Part shown: positions 13,114-28,100 of the stretch, piece by piece
Position numbering within the stretch: position 1 is the stretch's first letter
How the letters are laid out: each line of letters begins with the position of its first letter
Assembly: GCA_032718475.1 (NCBI GenBank)
Contig: JAUCBJ010008786.1
Coordinates: 1-57,595 of the forward strand
Direction of reading: 5' to 3'
From: Nemertoderma westbladi
Taxonomy: Eukaryota; Animalia; Xenacoelomorpha
Length of the DNA: 57,595 nt
Translations under genes and position numbers: made by a program
Notes under the pieces: model-generated
What the model was told of the DNA's origin: nothing
The model's database searches: none
The model's input: the letters and a program-made list of their open reading frames with translations, nothing else

Positions 13114-16100
13114 GTAAGTATATCGTGGTAGAGTAGAGTAGACACAAGGGACACCGCCTACCGATACAGTAAGTATATCGTGGTAGAGTAGAGTAGACAC
13201 GACGAGACACCGCCTACCGATACAGTAAGTATATCGTGGTAGAGTAGACACGACGAGACACCGCCTACCGATACAGTAAGTATATCGTGGTAGAGTAGAG
13301 TAGACACGACGGGACACCGCCTACCGATACAGTAAGTATATCGTGGTAGAGTAGAGTAGACACGACGAGACACCGCCTACCGATACAGTAAGTATATCGT
13401 GGTAGAGTAGAGTAGACACGACGGGACACCGCCTACCGATACAGTAAGTATATCGTGGTAGAGTAGAGTAGACACGACGGGACACCGCCTACCGATACAG
13501 TAAGTATATCGTGGTAGAGTAGAGTAGACACGACGAGACACCGCCTACCGATACAGTAAGTATATCGTGGTAGAGTAGAGTAGACACGACGGGACACCGC
13601 CTACCGATACAGTAAGTATATCGTGGTAGAGTAGACACGACGAGACACCGCCTACCGATACAGTAAGTATATCGTGGTAGAGTAGAGTAGACACGACGGG
13701 ACACCGCCTACCGATACAGTAAGTATATCGTGGTAGAGTAGAGTAGACACGACGGGACACCGCCTACCGATACAGTAAGTATATCGGGTAGAGTAGACAC
13801 GACGAGACACCGCCTACCGATACAGTAAGTATATCGTGGTAGAGTAGAGTAGACACGACGGGACACCGCCTACCGATACAGTAAGTATATCGTGGTAGAG
13901 TAGACACGACGAGACACCGCCTACCGATACAGTAAGTATATCGTGGTAGAGTAGAGTAGACACGACGGGACACCGCCTACCGATACATTAAGTATATCGT
14001 GGTAGAGTAGAGTAGACACGACGGGACACCGCCTACCGATACAGTAAGTATATCGGGTAGAGTAGACACGACGAGACACCGCCTACCGATACAGTAAGTA
14101 TATCGTGGTAGAGTAGAGTAGACACGACGGGACACCGCCTACCGATACAGTAAGTATATCGTGGTAGAGTAGAGTAGACACGACGGGACACCGCCTACCG
14201 ATACAGTAAGTATATCGTGGTAGAGTAGACACGACGAGACACCGCCTACCGATACAGTAAGTATATCGTGGTAGAGTAGAGTAGACACGACGAGACACCG
14301 CCTACCGATACAGTAAGTATGTCGTGGTAGAGTAGAGTAGACACGATGGGACACCGCCTACCGATACAGTAAGTATATCGTGGTAGAGTAGAGTAGACAC
14401 GACGAGACACCGCCTACCGATACAGTAAGTATATCGTGGTAGAGTAGAGTAGACACGACGGGACACCGCCTACCGATACATTAAGTATATCGTGGTAGAG
14501 TAGAGTAGACACGACGGGACACCGCCTACCGATACAGTAAGTATATCGGGTAGAGTAGACACGACGAGACACCGCCTACCGATACAGTAAGTATATCGTG
14601 GTAGAGTAGAGTAGACACGACGAGACACCGCCTACCGATACAGTAAGTATATCGTGGTAGAGTAGAGTAGACACGACGAGACACCGCCTACCGATACAGT
14701 AAGTATATCGTGGTAGAGTAGAGTAGACACGACGGGACGCCGCCTACCGATACAGTAAGTATATCGTGGTAGAGTAGACACGACGAGACACCGCCTACAG
14801 ATACAGTAAGTATATCGTGGTAGAGTAGACACGACGAGACACCGCCTACCGATACAGTAAGTATATCGTGGTAGAGTAGAGTAGACACGACGAGACACCG
14901 CCTACCGATACAGTAAGTATATCGTGGTAGAGTAGAGTAGACACGACGAGACACCGCCTACCGATACAGTAAGTATATCGTGGTAGAGTAGAGTAGACAC
15001 GACGGGACACCGCCTACCGATACATTAAGTATATCGTGGTAGAGTAGAGTAGACACGACGAGACACCGCCTACCGATACAGTAAGTATATCGTGGTAGAG
15101 TAGAGTAGACACGACGGGACACCGCCTACCGATACAGTAAGTATATCGTGGTAGAGTAGAGTAGACACGACGAGACACCGCCTACCGATACAGTAAGTAT
15201 ATCGTGGTAGAGTAGAGTAGACACGACGGGACACCGCCTACCGATACATTAAGTATATCGTGGTAGAGTAGAGTAGACACGACGGGACACCGCCTACCGA
15301 TACAGTAAGTATATCGGGTAGAGTAGACACGACGAGACACCGCCTACCGATACAGTAAGTATATCGTGGTAGAGTAGAGTAGACACGACGAGACACCGCC
15401 TACCGATACAGTAAGTATATCGTGGTAGAGTAGAGTAGACACGACGGGACACCGCCTACCGATACAGTAAGTATATCGTGGTAGAGTAGAGTAGACACGA
15501 CGGGACACCGCCTACCGATACAGTAAGTATATCGTGGTAGAGTAGAGTAGACACGACGAGACACCGCCTACCGATACAGTAAGTATATCGTGGTAGAGTA
15601 GAGTAGACACGACGAGACACCGCCTACCGATACAGTAAGTATATCGTGGTAGAGTAGAGTAGACACGACGAGACACCGCCTACCGATACAGTAAGTATAT
15701 CGTGGTAGAGTAGAGTAGACACGACGAGACACCGCCTACCGATACAGTAAGTATATCGTGGTAGAGTAGAGTAGACACGACGAGACACCGCCTACCGATA
15801 CAGTAAGTATATCGTGGTAGAGTAGACACGACGAGACACCGCCTACCGATACAGTAAGTATATCGTGGTAGAGTAGAGTAGACACGACGAGACACCGCCT
15901 ACCGATACAGTAAGTATATCGAGTAGAGTAGACACGACGAGACACCGCCTACCGATACAGTAAGTATATCGAGTAGAGTAGACACGACGAGACACCGCCT
16001 ACCGATACAGTAAGTATACCGTGGTAGAGTAGAGTAGACACGACGAGACACCGCCTACCGATACAGTAAGTATATCGTGGTAGAGTAGAGTAGACACGAC

Positions 16101-19100
16101 GAGACACCGCCTACCGATACAGTAAGTATATCGTGGTAGAGTAGAGTAGACACGACGAGACACCCCCTACCGATACAGTAAGTATATCGTGGTAGAGTAG
16201 ACACGACGGGACACTGCCTACCGATACAGTATATCGTGGTAGAGTAGACACGACGAGACACCGCCTACCGATACAGTAAGTATATCGTGGTAGAGTAGAG
16301 TAGACACGACGAGACACCGCCTACCGATACAGTAAGTATATCGTGGTAGAGTAGAGTAGACACGACGAGACACCGCCTACCGATACAGTAAGTATATCGT
16401 GGTAGAGTAGACACGACGAGACACCGCCTACCGATACAGTAAGTATATCGTGGTAGAGTAGAGTAGACACGACGGGACACCGCCTACCGATACAGTAAGT
16501 ATATCGTGGTAGAGTAGACACGACGGGACACCGCCTACCGATACAGTAAGTATATCGTGGTAGAGTAGAGTAGACACGACGGGACACCGCCTACCGATAC
16601 AGTAAGTATATCGGTAGAGTAGAGTAGACACGACGGGACACCGCCTACCGATACAGTAAGTATATCGTGGTAGAGTAGAGTAGACACGACGAGACACCGC
16701 CTACCGATACAGTAAGTATATCGTGGTAGAGTAGAGTAGACACGACGAGACACCGCCTACCGATACAGTAAGTATATCGTGGTAGAGTAGAGTAGACACG
16801 ACGGGACACCGCCTACCGATACAGTAAGTATATCGTGGTAGAGTAGAGTAGACACGACGAGACACCGCCTACCGATACAGTAAGTATATCGTGGTAGAGT
16901 AGAGTAGACACGACGAGACACCGCCTACCGATACAGTAAGTATATCGTGGTAGAGTAGAGTAGACACGACGAGACACCGCCTACCGATACAGTAAGTATA
17001 TCGTGGTAGAGTAGAGTAGACACGACGAGACACCGCCTACCGATACAGTAAGTATATCGTGGTAGAGTAGAGTAGACACGACGAGACACCGCCTACCGAT
17101 ACAGTAAGTATATCGTGGTAGAGTAGAGTAGACACGACGGGACACCGCCTACCGATACAGTAAGTATATCGTGGTAGAGTAGAGTAGACACGACGAGACA
17201 CCGCCTACCGATACAGTAAGTATATCGTGGTAGAGTAGAGTAGACACGACGGGACACCGCCTACCGATACAGTAAGTATATCGTGGTAGAGTAGAGTAGA
17301 CACGACGGGACACCGCCTACCGATACAGTAAGTATATCGTGGTAGAGTAGAGTAGACACGACGAGACACCGCCTACCGATACAGTAAGTATATCGTGGTA
17401 GAGTAGAGTAGACACGACGGGACACCGCCTACCGATACAGTAAGTATATCGTGGTAGAGTAGAGTAGACACGACGGGACACCGCCTACCGATACAGTAAG
17501 TATATCGTGGTAGAGTAGAGTAGACACGACGGGACACCGCCTACCGATACAGTAAGTATATCGTGGTAGAGTAGAGTAGACACGACGAGACACCGCCTAC
17601 CGATACAGTAAGTATATCGTGGTAGAGTAGAGTAGACACGACGGGACACCGCCTACCGATACAGTAAGTATATCGTGGTAGAGTAGAGTAGACACGACGA
17701 GACACCGCCTACCGATACAGTAAGTATATCGTGGTAGAGTAGAGTAGACACGACGAGACACCGCCTACCGATACAGTAAGTATATCGTGGTAGAGTAGAG
17801 TAGACACGACGAGACACCGCCTACCGATACAGTAAGTATATCGTGGTAGAGTAGAGTAGACACGACGAGACACCGCCTACCGATACAGTAAGTATATCGT
17901 GGTAGAGTAGAGTAGACACGACGAGACACCGCCTACCGATACAGTAAGTATATCGTGGTAGAGTAGAGTAGACACGACGGGACACCGCCTACCGATACAG
18001 TAAGTATATCGTGGTAGAGTAGAGTAGACACGACGGGACACCGCCTACCGATACAGTAAGTATATCGTGGTAGAGTAGACACGACGAGACACCGCCTACC
18101 GATACAGTAAGTATATCGTGGTAGAGTAGAGTAGACACGACGAGACACCGCCTACCGATACAGTAAGTATATCGTGGTAGAGTAGAGTAGACACGACGAG
18201 ACACCGCCTACCGATACAGTAAGTATATCGTGGTAGAGTAGAGTAGACACGACGAGACACCGCCTACCGATACAGTAAGTATATCGTGGTAGAGTAGAGT
18301 AGACACGACGGAGACACCGCCTACCGATACAGTAAGTATATCGTAGGTAGAGTAGACACGACGAGACACCGCCTACCGATACAGTAAGTATATCGTGGTA
18401 GAGTAGAGTAGACACGACGAGACACCGCCTACCGATACAGTAAGTATATCGTGGTAGAGTAGAGTAGACACGACGAGACACCGCCTACCGATACAGTAAG
18501 TATATCGTGGTAGAGTAGAGTAGACACGACGAGACACCGCCTACCGATACAGTAAGTATATCGTGGTAGAGTAGAGTAGACACGACGGGACACCGCCTAC
18601 CGATACAGTAAGTATATCGTGGTAGAGTAGAGTAGACACGACGAGACACCGCCTACCGATACAGTAAGTATATCGTGGTAGAGTAGACACGACGAGACAC
18701 CGCCTACCGATACAGTAAGTATATCGAGTAGAGTAGACACGACGAGACACCGCCTACCGATACAGTAAGTATATCGTGTAGAGTAGAGTAGACACGACGA
18801 GACACCGCCTACCGATACAGTAAGTATATCGTGGTAGAGTAGACACGACGAGACACCGCCTACCGATACAGTAAGTATATCGTGGTAGAGTAGAGTAGAC
18901 ACGACGAGACACCGCCTACCGATACAGTAAGTATATCGTGGTAGAGTAGACACGACGGGACACCGCCTACCGATACAGTAAGTATCGTGGTAGAGTAGAC
19001 ACGACGAGACACCGCCTACCGATACAGTAAGTATATCGTGGTAGAGTAGAGTAGACACGACGGGACACCGCCTACCGATACAGTAAGTATATCGTGGTAG

Positions 19101-22100
19101 AGTAGACACGACGGGACACCGCCTACCGATACAGTAAGTATATCGTGGTAGAGTAGAGTAGACACGACGAGACACCGCCTACCGATACAGTAAGTATATC
19201 GTGGTAGAGTAGAGTAGACACGACGAGACACCGCCTACCGATACAGTAAGTATATCGTGGTAGAGTAGAGTAGACACGACGGGACACCGCCTACCGATAC
19301 AGTAAGTATATCGTGGTAGAGTAGAGTAGACACGACGGGACACCGCCTACCGATACAGTAAGTATATCGTGGTAGAGTAGAGTAGACACGACGAGACACC
19401 GCCTACCGATACAGTAAGTATATCGTGGTAGAGTAGAGTAGACACGACGGGACACCGCCTACCGATACAGTAAGTATATCGTGGTAGAGTAGAGTAGACA
19501 CGACGAGACACCGCCTACCGATACAGTAAGTATATCGTGGTAGAGTAGAGTAGACACGACGGGACACCGCCTACCGATACAGTAAGTATATCGTGGTAGA
19601 GTAGAGTAGACACGACGAGACACCGCCTACCGATACAGTAAGTATATCGTGGTAGAGTAGAGTAGACACGACGGGACACCGCCTACCGATACAGTAAGTA
19701 TATCGTGGTAGAGTAGAGTAGACACGACGGGACACCGCCTACCGATACAGTAAGTATATCGTGGTAGAGTAGAGTAGACACGACGAGACACCGCCTACCG
19801 ATACAGTAAGTATATCGTGGTAGAGTAGAGTAGACACGACGGGACACCGCCTACCGATACAGTAAGTATATCGTGGTAGAGTAGAGTAGACACGACGAGA
19901 CACCGCCTACCGATACAGTAAGTATATCGTGGTAGAGTAGAGTAGACACGACGGGACACCGCCTACCGATACAGTAAGTATATCGTGGTAGAGTAGAGTA
20001 GACACGACGGGACACCGCCTACCGATACAGTAAGTATATCGTGGTAGAGTAGAGTAGACACGACGAGACACCGCCTACCGATACAGTAAGTATATCGTGG
20101 TAGAGTAGAGTAGACACGACGGGACACCGCCTACCGATACAGTAAGTATATCGTGGTAGAGTAGAGTAGACACGACGAGACACCGCCTACCGATACAGTA
20201 AGTATATCGTGGTAGAGTAGAGTAGACACGACGAGACACCGCCTACCGATACAGTAAGTATATCGTGGTAGAGTAGACACGACGGGACACCGCCTACCGA
20301 TACAGTAAGTATATCGTGGTAGAGTAGACACGACGGGACACCGCCTACCGATACAGTAAGTATATCGTGGTAGAGTAGAGTAGACACGACGGGACACCGC
20401 CTACCGATACAGTAAGTATATCGTGGTAGAGTAGACACGACGGGACACCGCCTACCGATACAGTAAGTATATCGTGGTAGAGTAGACACGACGAGACACC
20501 GCCTACCGATACAGTAAGTATATCGTGGTAGAGTAGAGTAGACACGACGGGACACCGCCTACCGATACAGTAAGTATATCGTGGTAGAGTAGAGTAGACA
20601 CGACGAGACACCGCCTACCGATACAGTAAGTATATCGTGGTAGAGTAGAGTAGACACGACGGGACACCGCCTACCGATACAGTAAGTATATCGTGGTAGA
20701 GTAGACACGACGAGACACCGCCTACCGATACAGTAAGTATATCGTGGTAGAGTAGAGTAGACACGACGAGACACCGCCTACCGATACAGTAAGTATATCG
20801 TGGTAGAGTAGACACGACGGGACACCGCCTACCGATACAGTAAGTATATCGTGGTAGAGTAGACACGACGAGACACCGCCTACCGATACAGTAAGTATAT
20901 CGTGGTAGAGTAGAGTAGACACGACGGGACACCGCCTACCGATACAGTAAGTATATCGTGGTAGAGTAGAGTAGACACGACGGGACACCGCCTACCGATA
21001 CAGTAAGTATATCGTGGTAGAGTAGAGTAGACACGACGGGACACCGCCTACCGATACAGTAAGTATATCGTGGTAGAGTAGACACGACGGGACACCGCCT
21101 ACCGATACAGTAAGTATATCGTGGTAGAGTAGAGTAGACACGACGAGACACCGCCTACCGATACAGTAAGTATATCGTGGTAGAGTAGAGTAGACACGAC
21201 GGGACACCGCCTACCGATACAGTAAGTATATCGTGGTAGAGTAGACACGACGGGACACCGCCTACCGATACAGTAAGTATATCGTGGTAGAGTAGACACG
21301 ACGAGACACCGCCTACCGATACAGTAAGTATATCGTGGTAGAGTAGAGTAGACACGACGAGACACCGCCTACCGATACAGTAAGTATATCGTGGTAGAGT
21401 AGAGTAGACACGACGGGACACCGCCTACCGATACAGTAAGTATATCGTGGTAGAGTAGACACGACGGGACACCACCTACCGATACAGTAAGTATATCGTG
21501 GTAGAGTAGAGTAGACACGACGGGACACCGCCTACCGATACAGTAAGTATATCGTGGTAGAGTAGAGTAGACACGACGAGACACCGCCTACCGATACAGT
21601 AAGTATACCGTGGTAGAGTAGAGTAGACACGACGGGACACCGCCTACCGATACAGTAAGTATATCCGTGGTAGAGTAGACACGACGGGACACCGCCTACC
21701 GATACAGTAAGTATATCGTGGTAGAGTAGAGTAGACACGACGGGACACCGCCTACCGATACAGTAAGTATATCGTGGTAGAGTAGAGTAGACACGACGAG
21801 ACACCGCCTACCGATACAGTAAGTATATCGTGGTAGAGTAGAGTAGACACGACGAGACACCGCCTACCGATACAGTAAGTATATCGTGGTAGAGTAGAGT
21901 AGACACGACGAGACACCGCCTACCGATACAGTAAGTATATCGTGGTAGAGTAGAGTAGACACGACGGGACACCGCCTACCGATACAGTAAGTATATCGTG
22001 GTAGAGTAGAGTAGACACGACGGGACACCGCCTACCGATACAGTAAGTATATCGTGGTAGAGTAGAGTAGACACGACGAGACACCGCCTACCGATACAGT

Positions 22101-25100
22101 AAGTATATCGTGGTAGAGTAGAGTAGACACGACGGGACACCGCCTACCGATACAGTAAGTATATCGTGGTAGAGTAGAGTAGACACGACGAGACACCGCC
22201 TACCGATACAGTAAGTATATCGTGGTAGAGTAGACACGACGGGACACCGCCTACCGATACAGTAAGTATATCGTGGTAGAGTAGAGTAGACACGACGAGA
22301 CACCGCCTACCGGTACAGTAAGTATATCGTGGTAGAGTAGAGTAGACACGACGGGACACCGCCCACCGATACAGTAAGTATATCGTGGTAGAGTAGACAC
22401 GACGGGACACCGCCTACCGATACAGTAAGTATATCGTGGTAGAGTAGACACGACGGGACACCGCCTACCGATACAGTAAGTATATCGTGGTAGAGTAGAG
22501 TAGACACGACGAGACACCGTCTACCGATACAGTAAGTATATCGTGGTAGAGTAGAGTAGACACGACGAGACACCGCCTACCGATACAGTAAGTATATCGT
22601 GGTAGAGTAGAGTAGACACGACGAGACACCGCCTACCGATACAGAAAGTATATCGTGGTAGAGTAGACACGACGAGACACCGCCTACCGATACAGTAAGT
22701 ATATCGTGGTAGAGTAGAGTAGACACGACGAGACACCGCCTACCGATACAGTAAGTATATCGTGGTAGAGTAGAGTAGACACGACGGGACACCGCCTACC
22801 GATACAGTAAGTATATCGTGGTAGAGTAGAGTAGACACGACGAGACACTGCCTACCGATACAGTAAGTATATCGTGGTAGAGTAGACACGACGGGACACC
22901 GCCTACCGATACAGTAAGTATATCGTGGTAGAGTAGACACGACGGGACACCGCCTACCGATACAGTAACTATATCGTGGTAGAGTAGACACGACGGGACA
23001 CCGCCTACCGATACAGTAAGTATATCGTGGTAGAGTAGACACGACGGGACACCGCCTACCGATACAGTAAGTATATCGTGGTAGAGTAGAGTAGACACGA
23101 CGGGACACCGCCTACCGATACAGTAAGTATATCGTGGTAGAGTAGACACGACGGGACACCGCCTACCGATACAGTAAGTATATCGTGGTAGAGTAGAGTA
23201 GACACGACGGGACACCGCCTACCGATACAGTAAGTATATCGTGGTAGAGTAGACACGACGGGACACCGCCTACCGATACAGTAAGTATATCGTGGTAGAG
23301 TAGACACGACGGGACACCGCCTACCGATACAGTAAGTATATCGTGGTAGAGTAGAGTAGACACGACGGGACACCGCCTACCGATACAGTAAGTATATCGT
23401 GGTAGAGTAGAGTAGACACGACGGGACACCGCCTACCGATACAGTAAGTATATCGTGGTAGAGTAGACACGACGGGACACCGCCTACCGATACAGTAAGT
23501 ATATCGTGGTAGAGTAGACACGACGGGACACCGCCTACCGATACAGTAAGTATATCGTGGTAGAGTAGACACGACGGGACACCGCCTACCGATACAGTAA
23601 GTATATCGTGGTAGAGTAGAGTAGACACGACGGGACACCGCCTACCGATACAGTAAGTATATCGTGGTAGAGTAGAGTAGACACGACGGGACACCGCCTA
23701 CCGATACAGTAAGTATATCGTGGAGAGTAGAGTAGACACGACGAGACACCGCCTACCGATACAGTAAGTATATCGTGGTAGAGTAGAGTAGACACGACGG
23801 GACACCGCCTACCGATACAGTAAGTATATCGTGGTAGAGTAGACACGACGGGACACCGCCTACCGATACAGTAAGTATATCGTGGTAGAGTAGACACGAC
23901 GAGACACCGCCTACCGATACAGTAAGTATATCGTGGTAGAGTAGACACGACGGGACACCGCCTACCGATACAGTAAGTATATCGTGGTAGAGTAGACACG
24001 ACGAGACACCGCCTACCGATACAGTAAGTATATCGGGTGGTAGAGTAGACACGACGAGACACCGCCTACCGATACAGTAAGTATATCGTGGTAGAGTAGA
24101 GTAGACACGACGGGACACCGCCTACCGATACAGTAAGTATATCGTGGTAGAGTAGACACGACGAGACACCGCCTACCGATACAGTAAGTATATCGTGGTA
24201 GAGTAGAGTAGACACGACGGGACACCGCCTACCGATACAGTAAGTATATCGTGGTAGAGTAGAGTAGACACGACGGGACACCGCCTACCGATACAGTAAG
24301 TATATCGTGGTAGAGTAGAGTAGACACGACGAGACACCGCCTACCGATACAGTAAGTATATCGTGGTAGAGTAGACACGACGGGACACCGCCTACCGATA
24401 CAGTAAGTATATCGTGGTAGAGTAGAGTAGACACGACGAGACACCGCCTACCGATACAGTAAGTATATCGTGGTAGAGTAGAGTAGACACGACGGGACAC
24501 CGCCTACCGATACAGTAAGTATATCGTGGTAGAGTAGAGTAGACACGACGAGACACCGCCTACCGATACAGTAAGTATATCGTGGTAGAGTAGAGTAGAC
24601 ACGACGGGACACCGCCTACCGATACAGTAAGTATATCGTGGTAGAGTAGAGTAGACACGACGAGACACCGCCTACCGATACAGTAAGTATATCGTGGTAG
24701 AGTAGAGTAGACACGACGGGACACCGCCTACCGATACAGTAAGTATATCGTGGTAGAGTAGACACGACGAGACACCGCCTACCGATACAGTAAGTATATC
24801 GTGGTAGAGTAGACACGACGGGACACCGCCTACCGATACAGTAAGTATATCGTGGTAGAGTAGACACGACGGGACACCGCCTACCGGTACAGTAAGTATA
24901 TCGTGGTAGAGTAGAGTAGACACGACGAGACACCGCCTACCGATACAGTAAGTATATCGTGGTAGAGTAGAGTAGACACGACGGGACACCGCCTACCGAT
25001 ACAGTAAGTATATCGTGGTAGAGTAGAGTAGACACGACGGGACACCGCCTACCGATACAGTAAGTATATCGTGGTAGAGTAGACACGACGAGACACCGCC

Positions 25101-28100
25101 TACCGATACAGTAAGTATATCGTGGTGTAGAGTAGACACGACGAGACACCGCCTACCGATACAGTAAGTATATCGTGGTAGAGTAGACACGACGGGACAC
25201 CGCCTACCGATACAGTAAGTATATCGTGGTAGAGTAGACACGACGGGACACCGCCTACCGATACAGTAAGTATATCGTGGTAGAGTAGAGTAGACACGAC
25301 GAGACACCGCCTACCGATACAGTAAGTATATCGTGGTAGAGTAGAGTAGACACGACGGGACACCGCCTACCGATACAGTAAGTATATCGTGGTAGAGTAG
25401 AGTAGACACGACGAGACACCGCCTACCGGTACAGTAAGTATATCGTGGTAGAGTAGAGTAGACACGACGGGACACCGCCTACCGATACAGTAAGTATATC
25501 GTGGTAGAGTAGAGTAGACACGACGAGACACCGCCTACCGATACAGTAAGTATATCGTGGTAGAGTAGAGTAGACACGACGAGACACCGCCTACCGATAC
25601 AGTAAGTATATCGTGGTAGAGTAGAGTAGACACGACGGGACACCGCCTACCGATACAGTAAGTATATCGTGGTAGAGTAGAGTAGACACGACGAGACACC
25701 GCCTACCGATACAGTAAGTATATCGTGGTAGAGTAGAGTAGACACGACGGGACACCGCCTACCGATACAGTAAGTATATCGTGGTAGAGTAGACACGACG
25801 GGACACCGCCTACCGATACAGTAAGTATATCGTGGTAGAGTAGAGTAGACACGACGGGACACCGCCTACCGATACAGTAAGTATATCTGGTAGAGTAGAG
25901 TAGACACGACGGGACACCGCCTACCGATACAGTAAGTATATCGTGGTAGAGTAGAGTAGACACGACGGGACACCGCCTACCGATACAGTAAGTATATCGT
26001 GGTAGAGTAGAGTAGACACGACGAGACACCGCCTACCGATACAGTAAGTATATCGTGGTAGAGTAGAGTAGACACGACGAGACACCGCCTACCGATACAG
26101 TAAGTATATCGTGGTAGAGTAGAGTAGACACGACGGGACACCGCCTACCGATACAGTAAGTATATCGTGGTAGAGTAGACACGACGGGACACCGCCTACC
26201 GATACAGTAAGTATATCGTGGTAGAGTAGAGTAGACACGACGAGACACCGCCTACCGATACAGTAAGTATATCGTGGTAGAGTAGAGTAGACACGACGAG
26301 ACACCGCCTACCGATACAGTAAGTATATCGTGGTAGAGTAGAGTAGACACGACGGGACACCGCCTACCGATACAGTAAGTATATCGTGGTAGAGTAGACA
26401 CGACGGGACACCGCCTACCGATACAGTAAGTATATCGTGGTAGAGTAGAGTAGACACGACGGGACACCGCCTACCGATACAGTAAGTATATCGTGGTAGA
26501 GTAGAGTAGACACGACGAGACACCGCCTACCGATACAGTAAGTATATCGTGGTAGAGTAGAGTAGACACGACGGGACACCGCCTACCGATACAGTAAGTA
26601 TATCGTGGTAGAGTAGAGTAGACACGACGAGACACCGCCTACCGATACAGTAAGTATATCGTGGTAGAGTAGAGTAGAGTAGACACGACGGGACACCGCC
26701 TACCGATACAGTAAGTATATCGTGGTAGAGTAGACACGACGGGACACCGCCTACCGATACAGTAAGTATATCGTGGTAGAGTAGAGTAGACACGACGGGA
26801 CACCGCCTACCGATACAGTAAGTATATCGTGGTAGAGTAGAGTAGACACGACGAGACACCGCCTACCGATACAGTAAGTATATCGTGGTAGAGTAGAGTA
26901 GACACGACGGGACACCGCCTACCGATACAGTAAGTATATCGTGGTAGAGTAGAGTAGACACGACGGGACACCGCCTACCGATACAGTAAGTATATCGTGG
27001 TAGAGTAGAGTAGACACGACGAGACACCGCCTACCGATACAGTAAGTATATCGTGGTAGAGTAGAGTAGACACGACGAGACACCGCCTACCGATACAGTA
27101 AGTATATCGTGGTAGAGTAGAGTAGACACGACGAGACACCGCCTACCGATACAGTAAGTATATCGTGGTAGAGTAGAGTAGACACGACGAGACACCGCCT
27201 ACCGATACAGTAAGTATATCGTGGTAGAGTAGAGTAGACACGACGAGACACCGCCTACCGATACAGTAAGTATATCGTGGTAGAGTAGAGTAGACACGAC
27301 GAGACACCGCCTACCGATACAGTAAGTATATCGTGGTAGAGTAGAGTAGACACGACGAGACACCGCCTACCGATACAGTAAGTATATCGTGGTAGAGTAG
27401 AGTAGACACGACGGGACACCGCCTACCGATACAGTAAGTATATCGTGGTAGAGTAGACACGACGAGACACCGCCTACCGATACAGTAAGTATATCGTGGT
27501 AGAGTAGACACGACGGGACACCGCCTACCGATACAGTAAGTATATCGTGGTAGAGTAGAGTAGACACGACGGGACACCGCCTACCGATACAGTAAGTATA
27601 TCGTGGTAGAGTAGAGTAGACACGACGGGACACCGCCTACCGATACAGTAAGTATATCGTGGTAGAGTAGACACGACGGGACACCGCCTACCGATACAGT
27701 AAGTATATCGTGGTAGAGTAGAGTAGACACGATGGGGCACCGCCTACCGATACAGTAAGTATATCGTGGTAGAGTAGACACGACGGGACACCGCCTACCG
27801 ATACAGTAAGTATATCGTGGTAGAGTAGAGTAGACACGACGAGACACCGCCTACCGATACAGTAAGTATATCGTGGTAGAGTAGAGTAGACACGACGAGA
27901 CACCGCCTACCGATACAGTAAGTATATCGTGGTAGAGTAGAGTAGACACGACGAGACACCGCCTACCGATACAGTAAGTATATCGTGGTAGAGTAGAGTA
28001 GACACGACGGGACACCGCCTACCGATACAGTAAGTATATCGTGGTACAGTAGAGTAGACACGACGAGACACCGCCTACCGATACAGTAAGTATATCGTGG

